Assembly (NCBI GenBank): GCA_003427395.1
Contig: BFEA01000010.1
Coordinates: 2,894,235 to 2,958,234 of the forward strand
Direction of reading: 5' to 3'
Length of the DNA: 64,000 nt
Origin: Chara braunii
Lineage: Eukaryota; Plantae; Charophyceae
This document shows positions 36,368 to 48,339 of this stretch, one piece after another (within the stretch, counting starts at the first letter, position 1; each line of letters opens with the position of its first letter). The notes under the pieces were generated by a model. It saw only the letters and a program-made list of their open reading frames with translations, did no database searches and was not told the origin of the DNA. A program made the translations under genes and the position numbers.

Positions 36368-36882
36368 TTTCTCGTTGACCCACAAGTAGTTGAGTGGCAA
36401 AAATCAAGAATGAGACAAATCGGCACGACATTTATTTCACCGACTAAGCATTTTTTACAATTTAAAACATGTTTCGTGGAAAGATCACAACCAAATCTAC
36501 AGACTCTTCAATTTTCAAAGTTTTCAAGGCATTCTTCGGAGCGCGAAAAATCACAGAAGTTAGGGTACTCTTCCTTTTGGCCCACATGTTGGAGTGGCAA
36601 AAATGAAAAATGTGACAAATTTGTGCGGCATTTATTTCATGGTCTAAAAGCTTTTTTTTTTTTTTTTTTGATATTTTTTCCCGTAAAGATCACGACCTAA
36701 TCTACAGGATCTCGAATTTTCAGACTTTTTCACTTATTTTTCTGAGCGCGAAAAATCGCCCAAGTTGGTAAGTGAAAATTGCGGGACTGGACCCGCCTGC
36801 GCCACCCGGTCGGCAGCCCCCCTAAAGACCCACTCCAAACTCACCGGAATGCCACATTTTCGGTGGCAGGTAGAGTGGTGGT
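36368..36882. mobile_element. non-autonomous TIR DNA transposon, right part, with two more ~190-200 bp internal units
   Basis: ends GGTAGAGTGGTGGT then TTAA (36883-36886); units share caaaaat..ttatttca..aaagatcac..aatctac..gagcg.gaaaaatc with 7180-7350. Confidence 0.8.
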
Positions 36883-36886
36883 TTAA

Positions 36887-39290
36887 GTGCATCGGAGAGC
36901 ACGAGTTGTGTCTTAATACACTGCAACGTCTCATGGTCAAATCTCACATAAAAGAATCTACCTAGGACGTAGTGCCTCCAATAGACCAGCACTCTATAGA
37001 GGGCATAGAGCTCACACTCTTACGTGGCCTTACCTAATTTCTAAGATGGCATCTTTTTGCTCAATGTACTCGAACGACCTAAACTTTTTCCCCTTCTTTT
37101 GCACAAGAACCTCGCCTATGGTCACAACAAAGGGTTGTTCAGGATCCGGAACTTTTGAGGACTTCATAGTGCGTCAGGGAATACTTCAATCTCTTGAAGG
37201 GTGCCTCACACTCTTCGGTTCACTTCCATGGGGTGTCATGCAGAGTGAGGTCAGATAGAGGGGAGAATACAATACTATAATTCTTGACAAACGGGCGGTA
37301 GTAGCCTGTCATCCCCAAGAATGACCTCACCTCAGTCACAGACTGAGTTTTGGGCCAGTCACATATTCTGGCCACTTTTCTGTAAGGGGACGTACTTGGC
37401 CATATCCGGCCCTTCTCTATAAGCTCCTTGAGCTGGCGGCGGAGCTCATCTAACTTCGAAGGAGACATCCTATAGATCCTCCCTCTAGGCTACCGGGACG
37501 ACTTCTATCGCGTGTACAATCTCCCTTTCTACCATACCCCTAGGCTCTTCAAAGAGGTCTGAATATTGTGCAACGACTGCCTGCATCTCTGGGGGTGATT
37601 TTACGACCTCCCCTTTTTCAGAGACAAAGACTAGGTACATTCCTTCCTCGCGACTCTGCTTGTAGGAGTCATAGAAAAAATACGTGCACATGCAACCATA
37701 GTTCTCCACTAGTCTGCCAGCCTTGAACTTCTGCAGCCTAACGGTCCTTCCGCCTGACAACTTGTGGATCATCATCTTCCTATCCCATCAAATTGACGCT
37801 TAGCAACCTCGAGGTAGTACATGCCTAGCAACATGTCAAATCGCAGCTCGTCGCTCACCAAGAATAAGATTTCGTGTCTCGGTTCCCCTCCTCCATAGGA
37901 GAAGGTGCAGGCCGCGTCCTTGACATAATCCTTCACTATTATGGAGTGCTTGTTGGCTAAGGTAGATGCTACAGATCTGCTAAGCACTTGATCCCCTAGG
38001 CGCAGCCTATCCACACAAGCACGACTGATGAAGTTTCGTGAAGAACCTATACCTTTGAAGGCGCCAACCTTTCGACCAACTACATCGGCTTCTACCTCGA
38101 AGTGTTCACCGTTTGGACCTTTGTTCAACATCGCCCAGGAGTCTCTAGGGTCTTCTCAAAACATTCAGTCTCTAACTCCTCTAAGGACTCAGACACATCC
38201 ATCGAACAATGCATCGATTGGTCTGGATCTGTCTGCTAGGCGATCATGGGGTTAGTAGCCTTGGCCATCGTTTGAAATGGAGAAGGTAAGGTTACCACTT
38301 CAGCACGAGTAAGAGTTAACACTCCTACTTGCCCCCAGGTGTTTCCTTGCGAAGTGCTCGCAAAAGCACCACCTTAGTTGGTAGATTCAACCGTCACTAT
38401 CGAGGACGCGACCTTCCCAGCGACCTGCTTACTCTTGGACTCGGCCATTGTGTGCCCATAGGCCCCAATTTAGGCAAGCGCCTCGCACATTACGGTCTCG
38501 CCACGCGTCGTACTCCAGACCAAGCTTCACACATATGGGTGGCCGGCCTACCTTCTGCTTCCCGGCTTCCTTACCCTTTTCTCTAATGGGCGCGGCCACT
38601 CCACCATCTAAAGTTTCCCCAAGCCCATCTATCTCTATTTCTTCCCCAGGGTCATTGAACTCTTCAATCTCGTTTGACCATCATTGTCGATGAACAAAAG
38701 ATTGCCTTTCTTCCTCGCATCCGGAGGAAACTTCTTCTTCCTCCCATCAACCGGTCCTTGATGGGCACTCCCAAGCTTACCTCTATGTCTAGGGCTTTCT
38801 TGTTGAACGAGGTGAAGTTATGCATGTCTATGGAGGCCTCTGGGACCAACTTATTCTTGACATCTATAGGCAGACTTCGCAAATAAATTGTGAGGAGTAC
38901 CTGCGGTTCGTACCCCACACCTGGGACAACAATCAGTTGCTCTACGACGTCTGTTACGTCGCAAATTCTTCGGTACCTCTTCGATCCTAGACTAGCTAAT
39001 AAGTTTGTGTCTATGTCTAGGGCTTTCTTGTTGAACGAGGCGAAGTTATGCACGTCTATGGAGGCCTCTTCGACCAACTTTTTCTTGACATCCATAGGCA
39101 GACATCACAAATAAGTTGTGAGTAATTGCGGTTCGTACCCCACGCCAGGGACAACAATCAATCGCTCTACGACGTCTGTTACCTCGCAAATTGTCTGATA
39201 TCTCTTCAATCCTAGACTAGCTAGCGAGTTTGTGACCATCTGAGCTCCTTGAGGGTCATGCCACCTTTTCCGATTACGTACACCCTGCGT
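36887..39290 (-). mobile_element. element C, 5' half: gag fragment, protease, internally deleted RT, RNase H
   Basis: Removing 7088-36886 restores DHETLQCIKTQLVLSDAL-KRWIEVID; RT core missing (PSTSPY joined to KVARICDWPK near 37383); 228-bp gag duplication at 38782-39237. Confidence 0.88.
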
Positions 39291-39731
39291 CTGACAGAGC
39301 ACAACCTGGTCCTGAGTGCCCTCAACATAGCTTACAGCAGATAATTGAACTCTTGGTGGATTGGCCCAGATGATTGAACAAGTGAACAAAATTTGGTACG
39401 GCCCAATGGTGCGTGCGCGTGTGTCTTTTCAAGAAATACCCAACTATCTCTCTCATTCCATCCACAAATCATCACAAACCATCCATAAAACAAAACAGGT
39501 ATAAATATTAGATAGGCAATCCAGTAGAAGATGCAAGGTTGGACATGTTTGTGTAGTTGAGCACCACGTGCCCACACACCCATCTGCCGCTGGAGCTGCA
39601 CAGTTGGACAAATAGAAGATAAAAGCACCCTCCAGACTGTTCATTCAATACAAGATGTTTTCAGATACAGGCTATTAATGGCCACTATCACCCAATGAAC
39701 CGAACCACATAACCTTTACCCCCCCCCTCCT

Positions 39732-39770
<39 letters not shown>

Positions 39771-40414
39771 GTTCACTCAACACTTGAGGCACTCATCCTC
39801 GCTGCTCGTTATTCTCTCAGTCTTGGATTGCTCCCTCTCACTTCCTCAATACACCCGCTCGCCTAACCAACTTCTCCTCCTTCCTGCTCAGCTATCCTTC
39901 CTCAACTTTACACCTGAGTACACAATCCGTCGCTCGCACAAGCGCTACAACAGAGCTTCCGCAACATGCGAATTGACAATTGATGTTGCACTATCGCAAC
40001 TATAAATAGCAGTAGAAGTGAATCGTTGTCCGCTCCACACCCATACCGGTCCTTGCGGCCTATCGGTTGCAGCTGCCAGTTCTGGAACTTGCCGAACTTT
40101 CTCTGGATGCTGCTTCAAAATTGGAGTTTGGGACTGCAAACTTTTCTTATCGGGTACTCGGCCTAAGACTGCTAACAACCTGACTGTTGGACCCTATACA
40201 CCTACGACGCTTCAGACTCTAGATACTACCAAACTCCTAGGACCCTCTAACTGGGACCTACCGGGACAGACTGGGACTGGGCCCAGTTGGACGTCTGGGT
40301 CCGCGATGGAACTCTGGGTCTGAGACTCCGGACATGGACACAACGTGAAATCCTTTCACTCCTGCCGGCCTAATTTTGAGGTCCTCCAAGAAAGATCTTC
40401 TCCTTGTTTGTCCA

Positions 40415-40684
40415 CTACATTCTCTCCAATCCCAGCCCACTCGTAATACGAGATGATGTCGGGGCAGTCTCTCTTAGTTCATCACTCTCCTACCAAGGGT
40501 CATCTTCTGGTTCCTGCTACTGAAACCGAACTTTGCAATGTCGATGTGGCTACATTCTCTCCAATCCCAGCCCACTCATAATACGAGATGATGTCAGGGG
40601 CGGTCTCTCTTAGTTCATCTCTCTCCTACCAACGATCATCTTCTGCTTCCTGCTACTGAAACCGAACTTGGCAATGTCGATGTG
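40415..40684. repeat. 135-bp tandem duplication (2 copies)
   Basis: ctacattctctccaatcccagcc.. at 40415 and 40550. Confidence 0.92.
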
Positions 40685-41334
40685 ACCTCCCCCTTCGACC
40701 AGATCTGCAAGTATCTTAATCTAGAATGCTATCAATTTCAGACTTTCCATCACTATCTGGCGGAATCATCGACCTTTGCGAGGGGAAATCATTTGTGACT
40801 CAATGCAACAACTGTGACACATGGAACATAGGATAAGCATGTAGATGGGCCAAATGTCAACTGTGTATGACAAACCAGCTGCATCTCCCTTCATGTCTAG
40901 GACTTCCCACAGTCCACGATATGCAGATAGAAAACTTATGTGAAGTTTCGTCTTTAGGGAGGAATTCCTTGGGCCTAAGTCGTGTTTCGGGGCCCATAGA
41001 CCCCACTGCTAGTTGAACGACGAAAGAAAAAGCCCGGTGCCCCCCTGAATTCGCAAAAACAAAAGCGGCCCATCGGCCACTGATGTTTGTCAATCGGAAG
41101 CCCAGATCGGCCGCAATTCAAACTGCGAGAACGCACTGGAGATCGTCACGAATGACTACCACGCCCTGCCCATACGTGTCCAAGTTTGAAGGAGTTCCCC
41201 CACTTGGACGACACGCGACCCCGCTATGCTGTTTGGCCTTGGAGACGCGCTGCGCCAGCCCGCCGTCGTCTTCGGTAAGTCGCCTCCCCTGCTACTGTCG
41301 GCCACACCAGCCCACCATTGCCTCTTCAAGTGTG

Positions 41335-41344
41335 CGTGTGTGTG

Positions 41345-41402
<58 letters not shown>

Positions 41403-41950
41403 GCGGGCCTCTCTTCTTGTTCTTGTTCTTGTTGTTGTTCTTCTTCTTCTTGTTCTTCTTCTTCTGCTGCTGCTGCTGCTTCTTCGCCACTACTTCCTCC
41501 TCTCGTATTTATCATCATCATCGTCATCTCCTCCTCCTCCTCCTCCTCCCCCCCCTCCCNNNNNNNNNNNNNNNNNNNNNTTCCTACTCTCCGATTCCTC
41601 TTTTTTTACTTGTTCTTATACTCCTCCACAACTTCTTCCTCCTCTCCAGTTCATCATCATCATAGTCATCTTCTCGTACTCCTACTTTTCTTCTTCTTCG
41701 GTCTTCCTTCTTCTTCTTCTTCTTCTTCTTCTTCTTCTCCTTCTCCTCTTCTCCTCTTCTCCTCTTCTCCTCATCTCATCGTCGTCGTCTTGTTCTTCCT
41801 CCTCTCCCATTTTTATTGTTTCGCCCGGCGTCACAACACCGAGTTGCGAACCCCTCCCTCTCGTCAACCTCCCACCTCCCACCTTGTATGATGATGCCCA
41901 TAGTTGCTGTAACACCCGCACTAAGACCCCCACCCTCACCATAACCTGTC

Positions 41951-41993
<43 letters not shown>

Positions 41994-42380
41994 TTTTTAT
42001 ATATACCCCTTTTTTTTTTCCCCCCCCCCCCCCACCCCCCCCCCCCCCCCTTCCTCCCCTCCCCCCCCCCCCCCCCCCCCCCCTTGTCTTCCTCCTCTTC
42101 TATTTATCATCATCATCTTCATCTTCTCGTACTCTTCTTCTTCTTCTTCTTCTTCATCTTCTTCTTCTTCGTCTTCGTCTTCGTCTTCTTCTTATTCTTC
42201 TTCTCGTCATCGCCCTCTTGTTCTTCCTCCTCTCCCTTTTTTTATTGTTTTGGCGTCACAACACCAAGTTGCCAACCCCTTTCTCTCGTCAACCTCCCGC
42301 CTTGTCTGCTGATACCCATGGTTGCTGAAACACCCGCACTAAGACCCCCACCCTCATCATAACTTGTATGACCCCCCCAC
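41335..42380. repeat. low-complexity block ((GA)n, (CTT)n, poly-C) containing a duplicated ~300-bp unit
   Basis: ggcgtcacaacacc..acacccgcactaagacccccaccctca occurs at ~41827-41938 and ~42252-42356. Confidence 0.85.
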
Positions 42381-42499
42381 CCCATCACAGATTTCTTTCC
42401 AGATTCTGACTGCTCTCCGCGAGCGCAGTCAAACCCCTCCAAAAAAAAAATATAATAAAAAAAAAAATCGACCATTTTTTAGCCCAACCAGAATTCCGG

Positions 42500-44244
42500 C
42501 TAGAGGCCCAACACTAATTCACAACTACCATAACCTGGCTATTCCCGTTTCAATTCTTAACCTTCATGTCCATGAAATCGATGGAGATTTGAGTCCCAGG
42601 CGCCTGATGGTGTAGGTAACGGTCTCAGCAGTACAAGCGGGGGTTGTGTGGAACTCTTGTTCCGCTGTGAAAGACTTGGCTGCCCTGAACATACAAGATA
42701 CAATCATGTTTCATACCTATTCAGGTATACGATTATAAGAGGTTGGCATAAATCTTCCTGCAACGGAAATGACCTTCAGAATCATGACACTCCCCAAAAC
42801 CTGACTTTGAATTCCCTCATCGTTCGGGATATACAACCAGTCGCCTACATTTGTCTTCTCAAACAGTAACCCATCACCCATACAGTACTCCGCGACTTCA
42901 TGCGGGATTTCTTTCCCTTTACGTATGTTCTCCCTAAGATGCTCACTATTTGGGTACGCATCTCTGATTTCTGCCGCAGTTCAGCTCCTACGTCGAGGTA
43001 AGTGCCCTTCAACTTAGTGCGTCGGCAACAACATTATATTTGCCTTTGACTGACTTTGGTTCAAAGTCAAACTCGTCTATCTCTATGGCCCACCTAGCCA
43101 ACTTCATAGACATACGGGTCTCTGCATCTTGAGCTAGCGAAGTGTCTCATGATCTGAGTACACTTTAAGATGTCGATAGTTTCGCCAATCTGACAGGGCC
43201 TCTCTCAATGCAAACAACTCTCTTTCATACGTAGATGCAACGACCCTCTCGCAGGGCAAACTGCGAAACATAAATTCTATGGGTCGGTAACCGTTTCCAT
43301 TTTATGTTGGAGTACAACACCAATGTCATGCTGCCTCACTTCTGTAGTTATGATAAACGATAGTGATGGGTCTGCTATCTTGAGGAATGGATACTCTATT
43401 AGACATTCCTTCCACTTCTTGAAAGCGGACATGCAGTCTTTGTCCCATTGCCAAAAAATCTCTTTCTTTAGCAACTTGTGTAGTGGTGCGCCACTGGACG
43501 AAATGTTCATTACAAACTAACGGTAGTAGTTGGGCAGTCCTAGGAATGGTTGTAGTTCCGTCATTGTGTGTGGTGTTGGCCAATCTCTGGTGACTGCTAT
43601 CTTTGTGTTTTTTGGCCTAACTCCATCCCTGCTACAACATGTCCTTAATATAGAATCTGGGCTTGGCCCATTCACATTTTATTGGGTTCAACTTGAACTT
43701 AGCTTCTCGTAGCTCGCCGAGTATTAAACCTATTCATGATGTTCATCAAGAGTTTTGTTGAACACCAGAATATCATCTAGGTACACCACTACAACATTGT
43801 CCAACCATTCTCTAAAAAGTCGTTCTAGACCGTTGCAAAGTTGCAAGGGCATTTATCAGCCCAAACGACAATACTACAGACTTCCAGTGTCCATATCGCA
43901 TCCTGATGGCAGTCTTCTGCTGATCCTAGGGATGTAACTCTATATAATCGTACCCCGGTTTCAGGCCTAGCTTAGAAAAATACTTGCATCCCTCCACTTC
44001 GTCTAACAAATCATCAATCCTAGGTAGGGTGATGGCCCTGAGTGTTGGTCACATTGAGGTAGGATAGTAGGGACAGGGGGTGTGCTAGGAGTATTGACTG
44101 GGGATGGATAGGGTAGGTGGCCTATCCTGTCATGACAACCATTGGCTGCCGCTACCAACAATCACACCGGGCCTGGTCCATGTCCTCTACAACACCCTGG
44201 GCTTAAAAAAAAAAGAAAAAAAAAAGGGTAGCGGTTCAACATTC
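42500..44244 (-). pseudogene. highly decayed gypsy pol fragment (RT-RH-INT)
   Basis: [47 protein letters not shown] remnants. Confidence 0.85.
44028..44226 (+). mobile_element. ~200-nt polyadenylated retroposed insert
   Basis: A-tail at 44205-44225; GGTAG direct repeats at 44023-44027 and 44227-44231; removal restores EPLPRIDD. Confidence 0.8.
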
Positions 44245-44601
44245 TAATTAAAAAAAAAAAAGGACCGGCTTCAACTTGTTAGAGTAAGTGATATGAGCAG
44301 CTCCCCCTAGCAAGCCTATTACCAACACCCCAGCGTATTGGTGGGGAGCCTCACCTGCAAGAAACTGGGTCCATCGTCATAAAATTACATGTATACAATG
44401 TACGAGCATCACTAATCTTATACCACGGACCTATGTATGTGACGGTTTGAACGCCCAGAACACACGTTCCTGTTCAAAAGGGCCCGTTCAAACCTCCACG
44501 TGGCACGTGGCAGGGGATGGGGGGGAAAATGAACGCGCCCCCCCCGTCGGAGTGCATGTGTAGCAAGCCTTCGGGAGGTGCGCACAGTTCGAAAAATAAA
44601 A

Positions 44602-44616
44602 GGTGTGTGTGTGTGC

Positions 44617-44711
<95 letters not shown>
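44602..44711. repeat. compound (GT)n(CT)n(CA)n microsatellite
   Basis: direct reading. Confidence 0.97.
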
Positions 44712-44714
<3 letters not shown>

Positions 44715-45416
44715 ATTCAATCGATATGGTCGATCGAATCGATTCGATTGAGTCGGTTCGATCAATTCAATCGATCGTGTCAATTTTTTTTTTTTTGGTG
44801 TGTGTGCATGTGCGTGTGTGTGTGTGACTGCGCGCTTGCGCAAGCACACGCACACTCACAAGCTGAGGATTCGAACGATGTTGATGAAATGGATTCGACA
44901 GATTCGATCAATCGTCGATCTGATTTTTATTATTATTATTATTATTATTGAGTGTGTTTGTTTCTTTTTTTTGTCCTGTCACCCCCTTCCCCCTCCCCAC
45001 GCCCCCCCCCCACACACCAACCCCTCCCGAATCCTGCCCTCCTCGACACGTTACGACCCTTGCGCAAATACGTCAAAAGCGTTCAGGGCCGTTCAATGAA
45101 CGTGCATTCAAGGCATTCAAAAAATGAACGTGGAACATGCGTTCATTGAACCCACGCCAACACAGCCAAGGACATCCTGTAGATGCACCCGTGCTAACCT
45201 CTTTGATCCTGTGTCGGGCCCGCCAACATTGTTTGCTCTAGAAAACCAGGGGATCACCTGCGTGAACTCAATAAGGGTGTCTGCAGCAGTCGGGAGGGTT
45301 TACAACAAAAGGTCAGGAGGGGGGAGATGTCCTCTCCTGAGGTCTCCGAAGAGCCCATCCCCTTCCTCCCTTCCTCACCTTCCTTTCCCCACCCCTTGGC
45401 CACGTTCTTGAGTCCT

Positions 45417-48330
45417 TCAGGAAGATGTAGAGAACCATAAGGCTACCAACCTTTCTTCACTATGCATGAAGTCGTGCAGCCGCTCAATCGCCCTCTTGCG
45501 GAGCTCGATTGTAGATAATGGTTGTGGACGAGGGAAGGGGTCGAAAAAGTACAAAGTGGGTCTTAGATGGATACCGAGGTCGATTGCTGTCCAATAACGG
45601 AAACACAGCCTGTAGTCCCTGTTGACTTCGTCCCTCAACTGGTCCTCCTCAGCTGGTAGCGGCTGGGCAGCATCTTCTGCCCAAATGACCACCACCATCC
45701 AGCCCCCCCCCCTTCCCCAGTCAGTCCTTACAGAAACAAGTAATCGTGGCATCCATATCTTTCTTCATATAAAGAGACTCGTTTTTCCTTGGCTGCCTGC
45801 CATTGGTTGTTGATCTCGGCTTGGACCATCTACCTAATTTGGTCTGTAACCTCTCCTGCCTGTACCCTTGCGCCCTCCATCTCCATAATAATCTCTGCCA
45901 CCACAGATCCCAAAGAACGGACCGTCTCCCCACACAAAACATGTCTCTTTGAACCGTTCATCCCCGAGCTGGAGGCAATCGTCTGTGAGGAGGGCCCTCT
46001 AATCCCATGGCCATAGCGAGTCAGGGACTGTTTGCCGCCAAATTTTATCCCACCACCAAAAAATGTGCTCTATGGTTTCAGGCCACTTCCACACTGGATA
46101 ACTTTGCAGACAACATTTGCACTAGGGGAGGGGCCGACCCTACTGATCAAGGTTCATATGGTCTATCAACCAATTGTTGGTTGGAAGGCAGGGGTGGGCC
46201 ACTTGCCATTGGAGTGATGAAACTTTCGCCAGCCGTAGCTTGTACTCCTTGAACCAATGGATGGGTTTGAGCAAATCAGCCCCAACATTCAGGTGCTTCT
46301 GCCATATATCGCATACTATGTCTCTCAACATCCTTCAAGGCCTCAAAAGTCTATATGCCATTTTCACCGTGATGTCCGCCCGAGTCAGTGGTTTTTGCCC
46401 CCTCCATCCCCCCCCCCCTCTGCTCTTCCCGAGACCACCTCCATTCTATTGGATCCAGTGGAAGCTTGTCAATGGGTGTGTCCGGGCGGTAAGCCTTCTC
46501 TTCTTTCTCAACCAAAAGGACACTGGTGCAGAACAACCTTTCCGCGGTCATCTGTGTGTATCGTGCCACATTGGCCCACCTTGCAATTCGATCAGCACGT
46601 CATACGGCCGGACTAGGTGCACCTGTCCCACTTGATCAGCGAAGTCCAACAATCGCACCCAGTCCCCTCTATCAACATAGGGCCCTTTCTTAATATCTAG
46701 TACCAAGCAAGGGGGAGGCTATCGATCATGTCCTCCAAGGCAAACTTTGTTTGGTGACAGTTCGCATCTGATCTAGACTCCACCAGTTCCTCCCCTCCAT
46801 ATCCCACAAGTCCCCTACTAGCACTACCCATGCCTGACCCATCCCTTCCAGAGGGAGGCCAAGCTGCACCTGACCCGGCTGTGGGAATCTAGGATCCATG
46901 CGTTTCCAAAGACGGGTTGTCTTAGGATCTCCTCATTTCTGTCTGGGGGTGGCTGGTTCAGGATCAGAAGCTTCGTCCATGTTTTCAGCAAACGTGCCCA
47001 AAACTCCTCGACCTCTTCTCCTTCTTTCTACTTTCGGGGTATCCTCCAGTACTTGTCCTCCACCCACATCATAGGATCGATCGGTGGGGCCATGGTGGCG
47101 ATTTGTGCAAGAGCCAGAGGGATCCAAGGAGATGAGGTTACAAAGATAGAGCATTTGGAGCCACCTTAAACTAAGCTCTTGGACTTGTGTGGGCAGTTCA
47201 ATGACCCCCAAGCCGCCCTTGAACTTGGCTGGATGATGTAGTCCCATGCTACCCTATTGATGGCAAGTGGGCTTTCACTATCCCTCTCCAGAGGAAGGCT
47301 GCCAAACGGTGCTTTTGTGCTCACAGCCCTATTCTACTCAAGGGCCATAGTATTTGATTTGTACCAAAGAGCGTCCAGCACCACATTATTCACGATTAGG
47401 GCCCACTCGAAACTGAAGTGTGTTTGTTGTTCCAGCTGCTCAATTTAGTTGTTGTCGAGGCACAAACCCATTCGTCATTCGCCCCTGCCTTACCCAAGGC
47501 TGTCATTTGGGCCCCTAAGAGCCTAATTGGGGCCCCCACGGGTAGCCAGGTGATGTGCAGCCTCTCTGGGGGACGGCCTCCTTGGTGGTGTATCCACCAT
47601 CCAATACTCTTTTGCCACCAATTAACTCACATGTTTGAAAGACGACAAAATTGGCTCATTAGATTCCGAATCTCTTCCATATTTCTGACGGTGGCCTCCA
47701 CCATTGATGGCGAGGTCATCGACGAAGAGGGAACAAAGCAGAATTACCTCCTTCGGTATCCCTCGTAGTAGCATTGTTATGTAGTATGGGCACACAACGT
47801 CTGAATGATGGGCCAAAGTTCATCTTCTCCATGCATGAGTCGAGAAACTGCCAATCTACATGACCGTACACTTTCTCGAAGTTGATGAAGACTACGGCCA
47901 GGTTCTGCTTGTGGCATCAAGCTAGACTAACGACTCCATTTACGAGGAGGATGTCCTCCTAAAACTTCCTATTGCTCATGAAGGCGGATTGGGCGAGGTG
48001 GATCACATCCTCCATGGCATCGATCTTTCGGTTAGCCAACGCCTTAGCCAACATCTTGTAGACCACAGTTAGTAAGGTGATTGGTATGTAATTTTTCAAA
48101 TTGCCAAACCTGTGAATAGAACTCCATCAGGTCCGGGCTCAAGGTCACCCACATGGCTTCCCAGAGTTCCTGGGGAAGCCACCAACGCCCGGGGTCCTAT
48201 CCTCCTCCATCTGGAGCAAAGCCGTCCAAATCTCTTCCTTGGATAGCGGGGCGTCCCAGACATATGAACGACTGGGCACAAGCCTAGACACTTCAAAGCT
48301 TCATGGACCTTGTGGAGGCGCGATGACACA
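45417..48330 (-). mobile_element. decayed L1/Tx1-like LINE ORF2 (RT and C-terminal region); boundaries approximate
   Basis: PGPDG, YKMLAKALANR, QSAF, INFEKVY..VDW, LFVDDL, KGGLGV motifs in L1 order. Confidence 0.8.
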
Positions 48331-48339
48331 ACCCTAAGC

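Noticed and set aside
39290-41330. Possible upstream L25 exon or other host exon
   Set aside because: No L25-like or other recognisable translation found by eye; left unassigned
41156-42475. Poly-Ser/Leu/Pro ORFs
   Set aside because: Translations of simple repeats
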